A DNA stretch of 63,396 nt, filler included, from Octopus bimaculoides (taxonomy: Eukaryota), in assembly GCF_001194135.2 (NCBI RefSeq). It is 5 parts of 5 records of this genome, joined end to end, with 100 filler letters (N's around TTAATTAATTAA, not from the genome) between each part and the next. Parts side by side here need not be neighbours in the genome. Positions count along the whole stretch, not along the records: positions 1 to 30,996 come from NC_068999.1; positions 31,097 to 50,283 come from NC_068995.1; 3 more parts are not named here. The stretch is one strand, 5' to 3'. Numbering within the stretch: position 1 is the stretch's first letter; every line of letters begins with the position of its first letter. Under the pieces are notes generated by a model. That model did no database searches. It worked only from the letters and a program-made list of their open reading frames with translations, and had not been told where the DNA came from. Position numbers and translations under genes: made by a program. This document shows, in pieces, positions 27,191-40,639 of this stretch.

Positions 27191-27871
27191 TATGATATGA
27201 TACACGCATATACATAATATACGTACATACACCACCATTCCCGTATATGCGACAGATCCTTAAACGTATCACTCTGTCGAAGGAGTTGACAAATTTCAGT
27301 GCAATAAACCAAGAGACCATCAATCACATAACTTAATACGCGTGATTCAATGTATGATGGGGTGAGACAACACACGCTCGTATCTTTCTCACTTCTGTGT
27401 GCATATCTTCGTTTTGCGTTCACGAACCACCGGGTTCGATCCCACAGCTCAGCAACTTAGTCAACTGTCATTTTTGCATGACATCGGTTTAAGTCCATCC
27501 ATGTGGGGAAAACCGATTAGAATCTGTGAAAGCCGGCTGATAGGAGGTCTTAATTTGTGAATGGTAGGGCCTGCGTCTGTGTGGTTCACTCGACCATTTA
27601 CACACAATAACAAAACGCGATGGTAGTTTAATTGATTTGGATAACTGGAAAACTAATTGTCACTCACACATACACACCTCTGTATGGGCGTGTGCGCGCG
27701 CGCACTCGTCATGCATTTCTTATGAATAAAGATTTTAGGCTCCGCACACGTATTGAGTGCTTTGGCGGTTTATGACACTCAGTAGTTTTAATGCTTCTTG
27801 GGGTCATTGTTTGCATTGTACAAGTGTGTGTGTGTGTGTGAACGTGCGCACGCGCATACGTAAGTGCGCGC

Positions 27872-27948
<77 letters not shown>

Positions 27949-28011
27949 CATATATATATATATGCACATATATCTATTTATTATTATATGTGTGTGTGTG
28001 TGTATACATGC

Positions 28012-28148
28012 ATATATGAGTACAGGACGTAACCAACGATGCAAATAACATGAGATACGTAAACAAATGAGTTAAATATTTAAACAACGTGAAAGAAAAA
28101 ACCGAAAACAGGACAAGTAGACACGGAGAAAGGACCCTTCATCAGTTG
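28012..28148 (-). repeat. Second copy of the ACAACTGATGAAGGGTCC repeat
   Basis: Revcomp CAACTGATGAAGGGTCCTTTCTCCGTGTCTACTTGTCCTGTTTT...CGTTGTTTAAATATTT...CGTCCTGTACTCATAT matches 16782-16890. Confidence 0.65.
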
Positions 28149-28196
28149 TGGTAAGTAGCTAGCTTACCAACCACATTCAACATACATACATATACT

Positions 28197-28400
28197 CTTT
28201 TACTTGTTTCAGTCTTTTGACTGTGGCCATGCTGGAGCACCGCCTTTTAGTCGAGCAAATCGACCCCAGGACTTATTCTTTAGAAGCCTAGTATTTATTC
28301 TATCGATCTCTTTTGCCGAACCGCTAAGTTATGGGGACATAAACACACCAGCATCGGTTGTCAAGCGATGTTGGGGTGACAAACACACACATACAAACAT

Positions 28401-28431
<31 letters not shown>

Positions 28432-28518
28432 CATATATACGACGAGCTTCTTTCAGTTTCCGTCTACCAAATCCACTCAAGGCTTTGGTCGGCCCGAGGC
28501 TATAGTAGAAGACACTTG
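28197..28518 (-). mobile_element. SINE family 1, well-preserved copy running into a gap
   Basis: TTGTTTCAGTCTTTTGACTGTGGCCATGCTGGAGCACCGCC...GGCCCGAGGCTATAGTAGAAGACACTTG. Confidence 0.9.
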
Positions 28519-30266
28519 NNNNNNNNNNNNNNNNNNNNNNNNNNNNNNNNNNNNNNNNNNNNNNNNNNNNNNNNNNNNNNNNNNNNNNNNNNNNNNNNNN
28601 NNNNNNNNNNNNNNNNNNNNNNNNNNNNNNNNNNNNNNNNNNNNNNNNNNNNNNNNNNNNNNNNNNNNNNNNNNNNNNNNNNNNNNNNNNNNNNNNNNNN
28701 NNNNNNNNNNNNNNNNNNNNNNNNNNNNNNNNNNNNNNNNNNNNNNNNNNNNNNNNNNNNNNNNNNNNNNNNNNNNNNNNNNNNNNNNNNNNNNNNNNNN
28801 NNNNNNNNNNNNNNNNNNNNNNNNNNNNNNNNNNNNNNNNNNNNNNNNNNNNNNNNNNNNNNNNNNNNNNNNNNNNNNNNNNNNNNNNNNNNNNNNNNNN
28901 NNNNNNNNNNNNNNNNNNNNNNNNNNNNNNNNNNNNNATATATATATATATATATGTAGCGGGGTGGGGGGGGGGCTGTATACAAAATAAATAATATAAG
29001 ACAACGTAAAAAAAGCTCAATCTGTTATGATGACAAAATAATATAGTTTAACAGAAGCAGCACTATTCTACAATTACTATTGTATTATTATTATTATTGT
29101 TGTTGTTAGTATTATTATTTTTGTTGTTGTTGTTATTATTACTATTACTATTATATGATGTTTCTTGTAAATGCTTTTAAAATCTATTTCACGATTTGAA
29201 TTTATTTTACTTATTTAATGTTTTACCTATTTTTTTTTTTTTGTTTCTCTTATGGGTATTTTACAATTTAAAATTTTTTGTTCACTCCAGCTATCTGCTG
29301 CCCTACCATAATTCAAAAACAGAATGAAATGCAAATCCGAAGTTATATTCTACAAATTCCCCCCTCAGACTTCACGAAGATAGCATATATTCATGCTTTT
29401 CTTCGTTGAGTATTTTTTTTTGTTAATTCTCTTTGTTTTATATTTGTTTATTAATTTATGTTGGCAGTTTCGTATTAATAGTGCAGTTGGTGATATTGCA
29501 TTGGACAGAACATTCTATCTATCTATCTATCTATCTAGATATCTATTTATCTATCTATCTGTGTTTATGTGCGTGTGTATGTGTATGCTCATGTATACAC
29601 ATATACACAGGCAAATATGTACATGCTATAATATATATATATATACATACATATATATAATGTAAATAAAATATAAATATATGCATACATGTATACTAAT
29701 ACACACGCACAGATATATTAATATAAACACGCACACACACATACTATGTATGTGTGAGCGTGTGTGTGTGTACTTGTACATATATGAGTGTGTGGGTATG
29801 CTTCTACACACATGTATGTGTGTATGCAGATATATCTCCATGAGTGTTTTTTCTTTGTTTTTGTTTTTTTTTTTGAATTGCCAGCGAAGCGATTACATTC
29901 AATAGGCGTTAATGTACATGTTTGTTGGCCGGGTGGCAGATGATGCTAGTGACGATGATGATGATGATGATGATGATGATGATAAATAATGATGGAGGTG
30001 CCAGCAGCCGTGCGGCTGATGTTTGTAGCGGTAGAGTTGAATGTTGCAAAATTACACACACACACACACACACACACATNNNNNNNNNNNNNNNNNNNNN
30101 NNNNNNNNNNNNNNNNNNNNNNNNNNNNNNNNNNNNNNNNNNNNNNNNNNNNNNNNNNNNNNNNNNNNNNNNNNNNNNNNNNNNNNNNNNNNNNNNNNNN
30201 NNNNNNNNNNNNNNNNNNNNNNNNNNNNNNNNNNNNNNNNNNNNNNNNNNNNNNNNNNNNNNNNNN

Positions 30267-30311
<45 letters not shown>

Positions 30312-30845
30312 CTTATTTATTTATTTATCGCATTTACTAGTGCGAGTGGACAAAACGAAAAATGGCTTCCAACACATTTGGTAGGAGTTTTATCTAAGTT
30401 AAGAGAGCACAAGCCGGTCGCTAACAAAGCGTCAAGACTGTACGTATGCATGTATGGATGTATGACTGGTTATTTTCATCAACTTCTACAAAGCAAATGA
30501 ATATCTACTGTTGCTGGGACTTAATACGTTTAGTAAAGATGTGAGCTCATAATTATCAACGTGTATTGTGGTTGTGTGTGTGTATACACATATACATGTA
30601 TAGATATACTTAAACATATACACACGCAAATTATTTAAAAGTGTGTACCTATTATCATTCCCGAAGCATAATGAAGTGAATTTTTGGCGGGCTTGAACTA
30701 AATATACTAGGTGTGTAGGTGACTGTGTACGTACGTATCTGTCTGCCTCTCTGTCTAACTACCTCCAGAATAATTGAGTGTACACACACGCGCGCTCATA
30801 TGACTGTAGACCTACATACACACATGAGTATGCTTGTTTATATTT

Positions 30846-30891
<46 letters not shown>

Positions 30892-31096
30892 GACTAACTT
30901 GTAAAATAGGACGTGTGCGTTCAATAATGTAATAATACAAAGAATATATATACATGTATACACACATATATGTACATACTTACATCTACATGTGTANNNN
31001 NNNNNNNNNNNNNNNNNNNNNNNNNNNNNNNNNNNNNNNNTTAATTAATTAANNNNNNNNNNNNNNNNNNNNNNNNNNNNNNNNNNNNNNNNNNNN

Positions 31097-31580
31097 TTAC
31101 ATGAACAAAAGATGAAGACGGGTGTGTAAACAACAAACAGATTAGTTTAACGCTCACGGAGTGAGAAAGTCATTTATGTTTCGAGCCTATGCTCTTCGAT
31201 AGAAAGGAACACGAAGGAATAAATAGAGAGAGAAAAGAAAAAAATGGTATAGTGGCTAGCGATATATCATGGCGACTGCCGGTCACAAGTGTCACGCAGG
31301 AGAGCTAGGAAGAATGGGAGATAATAAAGTAGTGGCGATCCGAAAACGAAGGTACCCGTCCCTGTGTATGTGACAGCGCGTATGTGCGTGTGGAAGGGGG
31401 CTAATGACAGTGACGTATGCGTGTGTGCTTGTGTAGGTGTGTCGATGATGGTGTAGATGCTGGGAAGTGATCAGTGCTATTGTGTGCGCTGGTGTGGCTG
31501 CTGAGAAGTGGTCAGTGCTAGTGTGTGTGGAGTGGTGTGATGTGGTGTGGTGTGGTATGGTGGTGTGTAGTTTGGTGGTG
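31097..31580 (-). mobile_element. Interspersed repeat with a Penelope-like terminal motif
   Basis: Minus strand CTATCGA-A-GAGC-ATAG-GCTC-GAAA-CATA (hammerhead-like architecture, non-canonical core); the end GTTTGTTGTTTACACACCCGTCTTCATC recurs at ~7078-7110. Confidence 0.45.
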
Positions 31581-32184
31581 TGTGGTGTGAAGTTGTGGAG
31601 TGTGGGGATGTGGTGATGTGCGTTGTGGTGGTGTTGGGTTATATATGTACGTATTTTAGGTATGGTTCGGTCATTGAATACGAAATGTTTCCAACGAAAA
31701 CGTTATTACCAAAATCTGAACACGTGGTAAACTGCTTAAATTGGGAAATAGTGGAATTTGTGAAGGCGTAAGCTTTCACTTGCAACAAGCAAAATGAGTG
31801 GTGGAAGGCCAGCTGTCAGGAGTGAGTGAAACTTGGTGGTGACTGAATGACTAAGATATACACATAGATTTAGGCGCACAAATACATATTTGTAGAAACA
31901 ATTTATATCCTTGCAATGAGCGTTGTCATTGTGCACTGTATTAAAATAATATATATATATATATATATATATANNNNNNNNNNNNNNNNNNNNNNNNNNN
32001 NNNNNNNNNNNNNNNNNNNNNNNNNNNNNNNNNNNNNNNNNNNNNNNNNNNNNNNNNNNNNNNNNNNNNNNNNNNNNNNNNNNNNNNNNNNNNNNNNNNN
32101 NNNNNNNNNNNNNNNNNNNNNNNNNNNNNNNNNNNNNNNNNNNNNNNNNNNNNNNNNNNNNNNNNNNNNATATATATATATATA

Positions 32185-33419
32185 CAGGGTGCGTAAGGTA
32201 TTTGAGGACAGATTTATGTTTATAAAAGGACAGGTATATAATTTATTTATATCAATAACTGCTATGGGATAAAAATAAACCCTCCTTTTTTCCAATGTTA
32301 TCCAGTAAAGCCACTTTCATTGTCAACAACTGCTACATGAGATCTAAATTAATTACATGCTCCTATCAAGTGATCCTGGTTCATTTGGGACATTGCTCTC
32401 ACTATGGCAACTTTCAAAGAATCTTTGATGTTATGGGCGTGTTCATTGAACTCACTGTCAAAGCCCTCCATATGTAATAGTCCAATGGATTGAGATCTGG
32501 TGAATTTGGAGGCCAAATGTTAGGCGTTGTGTGATACTGAAAATGTTCAGCCATCTATTCCTGTGTTAGTAGAACCATGTGTGATAGTGCAGAGTCTTAC
32601 CGAAATACATCTGGCCTTTCATTGCATACACTGTCTATCTAGGGCTTAACAATTATTTCCAGGACCTTAATATAGGCGGCAGATTTAACTCGAAGACCTT
32701 GTGATAAGAAGTAAGGAGGTATCACATGTCCTTCATTGCTGACAATCCTTAAACCATGACAATTGCAGAAAAATGTGTATGCATAACACTTGGAAGGGTC
32801 TGCACATAACCATATGTCATTTCTTCTGTTAGCTTGTTGGTCTTGGTCGAAATTATTCTCGTTTGTGAAAAACTAAATCAAACTTCTACTGGAATCTTCA
32901 ATTTGTTGAAGAGACTTTTAGATTTGATATAGTAATTTTCTCTTGCGTTTTCTGACAAATTGACCTTTCTTCATCATATATGGCTTATATCTGATGTCTT
33001 CGTGGAGCACATTTCTGACTGTCCCTTCTAACACATGGAGATTTTTTTGTAATTGACCTAATATACTTTCTGGGAGTGTAATCAATGGTCCGTTGAACTT
33101 GCTGGATATATTCAGGTGTTTCATAATTTCAGAGTGTTTACAATGATTTTTATGCTTTGATACTGGTCATACATTTCCATCTTCAGTCTCTAAATCCTTA
33201 CAAACATTGTAGACGAAAGATCTGGCAACTTTAAAAAATCGAGATATTTCTAAACCGCTATGCTCAGCCTTTATAACCACAATAACAGTATGCCTCTTCA
33301 TTTCTAGAGTAAGCTGAGGGTCTGTCATTATTATTTTCTGAAACAAAGATTGTACAGAGTTAGCAAAAATGCAGCAATGACCCAAAACAGGTATGTCCTC
33401 AAATATCTTATGCACCCTG
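32185..33419 (-). mobile_element. Full-length, defective Tc1/mariner element of the DD37D (maT) family
   Basis: 26-bp TIRs CAGGGTGC(G/A)TAAG(G/A)TATTTGAGGACA with TA on both sides. The transposase remnant reads MKRHTVIVV...ENNFDQD...DSALSH-37 aa spacing-WPPNSPDLNPLDY, with stops and frameshifts. Confidence 0.9.
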
Positions 33420-33444
33420 TAAATGTAGGCGTGTGTTAAGAACC

Positions 33445-33649
<205 letters not shown>

Positions 33650-34469
33650 TGTGTGTGTGTGTGTGTGTGAGCGTCGCGCACGCATGTGTATTTGTCAGAA
33701 AAGATGCGTGTGAAAATGACAAATTAAAATCATATGTGGTCATGTATTGTAGCAAAATGTACGTTTGGTAAAAAATGATATACTTCTAATGATAGTTGCG
33801 CATTGGTATCTTATGGAAACATCTAAAATAAGTCATTACCATACAGATATGCTGACGATTCACATTGATTCCTATTTTATCCTTGTCTCTTTGAATATTA
33901 CATACTTTCTATACAAGATTCTTTTAGTTAATGTAAAAATACATATAGAGAACACTTGTAATTCTCTTAGTATCACCAATATTTATATAAGATATATTAT
34001 ATTTCACCAATGACATTTAGCAACATTCTCTGGCAAACTTGGTTCGATAGCTAGCATTTTCCTTGATGATAGCTTTTTTCATATATCATTAACAGTTTCT
34101 GCAAAGGCGAACTTATTTTGATAAACAACGTTGCAGTAATTTAATAAATGTTTCTATTTCATTTTATAGACATTTAATTTCCTTTACGTACTTTCCTTGT
34201 TCTTACATTATACATTTCTATTTAAAAATCCATCGAAGCAGCGACAATACAAATGCTATATTTATTGAAATGAAATGACATCAATAAAAAATAAGTCTAT
34301 TTAGATAATATGATAAAAAACAAAGATATTGCTATCAATATTTTCAACGAAGCTGTTACACTGAATAACGAAATGTATGAGGATATAAAATATGCGTTTA
34401 TTTTTCTTCCTTGCTTTCATTTACACTTTTGCAAATATTATTTATTGATACAGCGATACATCATTACAT

Positions 34470-34580
34470 TAGAATATACTTAGATGAAATAGAATTGTCG
34501 GCGGAAAGATAGATCGACGATGTGTTTTATCGTCGATCTATCTTTCCGCCGACAATTGTATTTCATCTAAATATATTCTA
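34470..34580. repeat. Near-perfect inverted repeat: 52-bp arms, 7-nt loop
   Basis: Arms 34470-34521 and 34529-34580, two mismatches, loop GTGTTTT. Confidence 0.9.
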
Positions 34581-35672
34581 GTGAGGAACAAATATACAGT
34601 TTAGGAAATGTTCATGTGATCATAACGTGGAGTTTATACAGTTTTATATACGGGACGATATTATCAATGCTCATGCATAAGACATATATATTAACTTCAA
34701 ATTCAATGAACAAACTTCGTCAAACAATTTCATAGCTACATATACACCTAAGAATTTCCCAATTCCGAAAGCCTCTTCCACTCGTGTCTTATATTGGTGC
34801 GTATAATGCCAAATGCACCTTCCCCTACACACGCACATAAATAGACACATCCACACACACACAATATACATATATANNNNNNNNNNNNNNNNNNNNNNNN
34901 NNNNNNNNNNNNNNNNNNNNNNNNNNNNNNNNNNNNNNNNNNNNNNNNNNNNNNNNNNNNNNNNNNNNNNNNNNNNNNNNNNNNNNNNNNNNNNNNNNNN
35001 NNNNNNNNNNNNNNNNNNNNNNNNNNNNNNNNNNNNNNNNNNNNNNNNNNNNNNNNNNNNNNNNNNNNNNNNNNNNNNNNNNNNNNNNNNNNNNNNNNNN
35101 NNNNNNNNNNNNNNNNNNNNNNNNNNNNNNNNNNNNNNNNNNNNNNNNNNNNNNNNNNNNNNNNNNNNNNNNNNNNNNNNNNNNNNNNNNNNNNNNNNNN
35201 NNNNNNNNNNNNNNNNNNNNNNNNNNNNNNNNNNNNNNNNNNNNNNNNNNNNNNNNNNNNNNNNNNNNNNNNNNNNNNNNNNNNNNNNNNNNNNNNNNNN
35301 NNNNNNNNNNNNNNNNNNNNNNNNNNNNNNNNNNNNNNNNNNNNNNNNNNNNNNNNNNNNNNNNNNNNNNNNNNNNNNNNNNNNNNNNNNNNNNNNNNNN
35401 NNNNNNNNNNNNNNNNNNNNNNNNNNNNNNNNNNNNNNNNNNNNNNNNNNNNNNNNNNNNNNNNNNNNNNNNNNNNNNNNNNNNNNNNNNNNNNNNNNNN
35501 NNNNNNNNNNNNNNNNNNNNNNNNNNNNNNNNNNNNNNNNNNNNNNNNNNNNNNNNNNNNNNNNNNNNNNNNNNNNNNNNNNNNNNNNNNNNNNNNNNNN
35601 NNNNNNNNNNNNNNNNNNNNNNNNNNNNNNNNNNNNNNNNNNNNNNNNNNNNNNNNNNNNNNNNNNNNNNNN

Positions 35673-35722
<50 letters not shown>

Positions 35723-37012
35723 GTACGAGGCCATCAAATAATCAGATCGAACATATGGAATTAAAATTACAGTAGAGTGGAAATAGCAGATCGGAATCAG
35801 GAAGGCCAACGAATGGGAGTAGTCTAATAAATGATTATGGAATGTTAAACGAGCGGCTATGATATCAAAATTAAATGGTATAATAATATTTGTGTGAATC
35901 AAGTGAAGCAACTGAAAACAATAGTCGTGGATACGAGGTTTTGATAGTGTGTTCTGTCTATTATATAACAAGCGCTGCTCAAAACTGTATGCTGGTGGAA
36001 GGAATACTTAAGTAGTAGAAATGAAAAGGGTCCGTCTAGGATATGCAGGCAGCTAATACAAGTTAAGTATTACTCTCATCGCTATTGCATAATACCGGGT
36101 ACATCACAGATAAAATAGTTAGTTCCTTCCATTTAATATACTAAGCAAGTATAGTAAGAGCGGCGGCGAAGTTATTGGTAAAGGGAAAGGGAGCCTAAGA
36201 GGGCTCAGAAACGAACGGGTTGATCGATAGGCTTAGGGTCAGTGAAAGGGGACGTAAATTGGATTGGATTTACGTTAGGGGCTATTGTAGAAGTTGTTTA
36301 GTGTTCTTAAAGTATTTGAACGTGCGGGTAGCCTTATACATACAGGAAAGATGACGGTCTAGTTTATTGTTTAGTAGGTTTTCACTATTAGATCACCTTA
36401 ACATTTCAAATAGTTCCATGCACCTGTTGCGTAAGTACGTTTTAGGGACCCAAATCATGTCCCAACTTAAATCAATTTTAACATTTTCATCTTTGAGTTC
36501 CCAAATCTTCGTGGTTAGGGACGTCCTGCTCGTCTCAATGTCTTAATTTCAAATATCAAAAGTGGTTGTGTAAGTGTTACTTGAGGTATGCAGAGCAACA
36601 GATATAGGTATAAGTATTGGTCTTCGTTATAACATCACATTTGTAAACCACTTTTTCTGATAAACATCGACCCGAAGGCGGACAAGATGTTTTGTCTAAA
36701 CAATTGCACCCTATATTTTCTAATACTTGAAATTTATTATTACGTTATTATTGCGTAATAGTTAAAGCTCAGGAGAGTTTCTGATGTTTGCATAGTAGTT
36801 TCTGGGGTACATAATACTATGGTCAAAACTATTATGATTAAAATTAGTCGGCCGAGTCCTGGGTCGGAGATTGTTGGTACTGGTCGTTGAAGTAAGGGGC
36901 TTGGCTTTCAAATAGTGACACTAGAGTCGCATTAGTATAATGGAGCGATTACCTGCTCATTTAACATATCGGTAACATAAATAGCGATACATGGGTTGTC
37001 ATGACGGTGCTA

Positions 37013-37086
37013 GATCAATTCGTCTCGGTTATTTCGTCGTCGGTTAATTTGTCCCTATGTCAATTCATCCCTGGTCAATTCATCAC
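37013..37086. repeat. Five tandem ~15-bp units, consensus GGTCAATTCRTCCC
   Basis: GATCAATTCGTCTC / GGTTATTTCGTCGTC / GGTTAATTTGTCCCTA / TGTCAATTCATCCCT / GGTCAATTCATCAC. Confidence 0.7.
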
Positions 37087-37188
37087 AGAATATTCTTAAG
37101 TGTGATTTTCGTGGGAAAGTTTAGAACAATCACTAGAATTAAAATTATCGTTGGACAGCTTTAGATATTTTTCCTTTCTTTAACCTCC

Positions 37189-37226
<38 letters not shown>

Positions 37227-37539
37227 CTTGCTTTCTTTGTCTCCCCTGTCTCTCTTTTGTTCTCTCTCTCTCTGCCCTCCCNNNNNNNNNNTCTCTGCCC
37301 TCCCTCCCTCTTAACTATTTGCGCTGAAAAGTTTACGAACATAAATTTTCAAGCCAATCGAATTAAATTCATTCAATACGCCTACCAATCAACATGACTA
37401 CCTGCAAGATAATAATAATTTCAGAGAAAGGAAAAAAAAAAGTGGTCGATCAAGAAAATTATTTTTACACGAAAATAAGCAGAATGCAGATGGATTGAAG
37501 ATGTACAGGAGGTGCAAAAATCGTGTGTGCGAGGCGAGA

Positions 37540-39021
37540 TTTCATACAGATGAAAATTATAAAGAGCTTCAGAAGATTGGGATCCAGAATCAAGCTTCAA
37601 CTTCTGTTTATGGATGACCTGAAATTGTTTTGGAAATCTGAAAGACATAGATTCCTTAACCAAAACAGTCAAGAAAGGTGGTTGGGACATCGGTATAGAA
37701 TTTGGGATTACCACATGTTCAATATTTAATATGAAAAGAAGGAAGAAAGTTACCTGCAGAGGATTGCGGTTACCATCAGGAGAGACTATGAGTGAACCCG
37801 ACAGTAGTGGGTATAGATATTTACGGATTTTGGAACTGGATGACATTCTACACAGAGAAATGAGAGTCAAGTTCAGCGTGGCGAATCAAAAAAGCGTGAA
37901 GATGGTGTTGAAATCCAACCTTTGAAATCCAAAAATTTGATTACTGCAATGAATATCTGGGCAGTTGAGGTGGTCAGATACAACGCGTCCATCCTCAAAT
38001 GGATCAAGGAGGACATATCAGCAGTGGATAGAAGGACGCGAAAGTTGATGACACTGCAAGGGGCGCTACACCCTAAAGCAAACGTAAACAGACTATATGA
38101 AAAGAAAGAATGGTGGCAGAGGACTAATTAGTATACACTATTGTGTAAGGAGTGAAAGGAGAACGCTGGCCGAGTATTTGATAAATAGTGATGAAGACTT
38201 GCTGCAATACGCCGCGAAAGATATGGATGTAAATGCAGATGAAATGATGGGCAAGAAGGAGTTTAATCAAAGAGCTGAGGAGAAGAGAAAATAAGACCTC
38301 GAAATGATGATGCATGGACAGTTTCAAAGGAATATATAGGACGTTAAGAATAATACAGCAACGTGGGCACTCGCTACTAATTCAGTGAAGTGTAACATCT
38401 ATAAAACGTCTGACACCTAGAAATGCAGACTCTGTGGAAAGAGTGTAGAAAATGTGTCCCACTTGGTAAATGCATGTGAGAGCCTTGCGCAAAAAGAATA
38501 CAAGCAGCGCCACAATAAAGTGTATGTGTATCTTCATTGGTTCTTATGCCGTAAATAGCAATATGAAGTAACAGTGAACTGTTATAAACATGTATCAAGT
38601 AAAGTTATTTAGAAGGATAGAAATNNNNNNNNNNNNNNNNNNNNNNNNNNNNNNNNNNNNNNNNNNNNNNNNNNNNNNNNNNNNNNNNNNNNNNNNNNNN
38701 NNNNNNNNNNNNNNNNNNNNNNNNNNNNNNNNNNNNNNNNNNNNNNNNNNNNNNNNNNNNNNNNNNNNNNNNNNNNNNNNNNNNNNNNNNNNNNNNNNNN
38801 NNNNNNNNNNNNNNNNNNNNNNNNNNNNNNNNNNNNACTTCTTTAGACAACTGGAAATCCCATGCAAGATTGATGTCTTGCAAAAAGCAGGCTTATTGGG
38901 CACAGCGCACATCTTAAGGAAATTATTTTCTGTCTGAGGTGCTTGTTGTGACTTGACAGATGACTAAAAACTCCAGTGTATATCTACTTACACTGTGTTA
39001 CGAAGGAATAAATATAATAAT
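37540..39021 (+). mobile_element. R4/Dong-clade non-LTR retrotransposon remnant A (RT C-terminal part to 3' end)
   Basis: LFMDDLKLF, IGIEFG, GYRYL, LHPKANVNRLY..K..GGRGL, MHGQF, CRLCGKSVENVSHLVNAC..LAQKEYKQRHNKV, LQKAGLLGTAHILRK*; frameshifted; ends in an AAT-rich tail. Confidence 0.85.
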
Positions 39022-39155
39022 ACTTTCCACTATAGGCACAAGACCTGGTCTTTGTGAGGAGGGGAACAGTTGATCACATCGACTCCAGTATTCCACTGGT
39101 ATTTAATTTATCGACCTCGAATGGATGGAAGGCAAAGTCGACATCGACAGAATTA

Positions 39156-39207
<52 letters not shown>

Positions 39208-39380
39208 TTAATAATAATAATAATAATAATAATAATGATAATAATAATAATAACTCATCAACTTCGAAACGATGAAAGGCTAAGTCGACCGATGTGCAAT
39301 TGGAACTCAGAATATAACGACAGACGAAATGCAGCTGAGCATTTTTTTCGGAGCGCTAACGATTTTGTCATCTTACCGAC
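39022..39380 (-). mobile_element. Two SINE family 2 fragments separated by (AAT)n (39157-39252)
   Basis: Each fragment has GA(T/A)GRAAGGC(A/T)AAGTCGAC; an (ACT)n tract follows at ~39382-39496. Confidence 0.65.
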
Positions 39381-39381
39381 T

Positions 39382-39487
<106 letters not shown>

Positions 39488-39509
39488 GCTACTACTATAA
39501 TAATTTTGC

Positions 39510-39855
39510 TATATATTCGATGTTGAGTAGTCAAGAAGGCGAAAAAATAGATAGATACAACCATCTTGACGGAGAAGTTGAAGATAGTGCCAATTATTTG
39601 CGAATCCCTGAGAAAAGTATAAAAAGTCATCGAGAGGAATATAAAGGAAATTGGAATAGAATGTCCAGTAGAACTGTTACAATATGTATGACTCTTTGGC
39701 ACGGCCAGAATAATCAGGAAAGTATCAGATAGCTGAAATGAACGCATAGCATGATATTGTAGCTTACAGGTAGTAAGCCCGCTACGCATGCAGGACACCA
39801 GAACCTCCAGCAAAATCTGTGATAAAGAGAAAAATAGTAATAATGATAATAATAG
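39510..39855 (+). mobile_element. R4/Dong 3'-end fragment E
   Basis: EGEKIDRYNHL..KIVPII..L..IERNIKEIGIECPVELLQ...GTARIIRKVSDS* (stop 39734-39736), then a UTR and degenerate AAT tail. Confidence 0.7.
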
Positions 39856-39857
39856 CT

Positions 39858-40045
39858 CGGTGCTAAAATTCATTGAAAACCACGAGAAGTGTAATAAGCT
39901 TCATTCTATCCTGAAGCATAGTAAAAACTTTGCCATTGATTTAATGAATGATATCGAGGCTGAAGATCCAAGATGCAAGTGTGGCAACTGTTGCTGCAAA
40001 GAAAGTGAAATTATTGGAAAGTTTCAAAAGCCATTTCTGACAAAG
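39858..40045 (+). mobile_element. R4/Dong internal fragment F
   Basis: VLKFIENHEKCNKLHSILKHSKNFAIDL is homologous to the KH..K..FSILKEA segment of remnant B. Confidence 0.45.
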
Positions 40046-40049
40046 CTTA

Positions 40050-40590
40050 CATTGTAATACTTTCAGAACAAGGCCAGGCCGCTATTTGTTATATTCATCC
40101 TGAGACAACTTCAAACATTCTGCAACAATGCGCGGCATTGTTTCATCCCAAATTCTACAAACTCTACATTTTGATGACAACTTCTCTCCTCACATATAAT
40201 TTCTCTCTTCAGTTGTTTATTTCCTAACGCTTGATCTTGAACTGCTGTTTTTTTTTTCTTTTTTCAATTGCCCTGTTTTCAACGAAGCCAGGTATTTTGT
40301 TCAACATAAACGGCTTTCGAAAACTAACATTCCAAAACTGACCATGCAAAGGTTTCTCTTCAATCTACTTAACATGCTCTTTTTGAATTTCATTCTTGTC
40401 TTTTTCTCCTTTTCCATACATGATCACATTCTTTACTCACTGTCTTTAGGAATTCTTCTGTGCTATTCTGTAAATTTTCTAGTAGGCTTTTTTCTTTCCA
40501 TCTGTACATATTCCATTTCGGATCTCTTCGAGTGTAACCGGTTGATATCAGCTTTTATATGGCAGGATTCACATATAGTGAATGATTTTC
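40050..40590 (-). mobile_element. R4/Dong fragment G (minus strand)
   Basis: HIKADINRL...EEKPLHGQF...VQDQAL...SKCRVCRIWDETMPRIVAECLKLSQDEY. Confidence 0.75.
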
Positions 40591-40639
40591 TAGTTAATGA
40601 AATTAGTAACTAAACAACATTACTTAGTAACAAGTAAAA

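Noticed and set aside
30997-31096. TTAATTAATTAA island between N runs (also at 50328-50339, 59365-59376, 62328-62339)
   Set aside because: Each is exactly 44 N + 12 nt + 44 N = 100 bp and has stops in all six frames: an artificial scaffolding spacer, not biology. Distances across these joins are unknown.
36000-36420. Possible decayed retroelement coding fragment on the minus strand
   Set aside because: No diagnostic RT, RNase H or recombinase motif could be read
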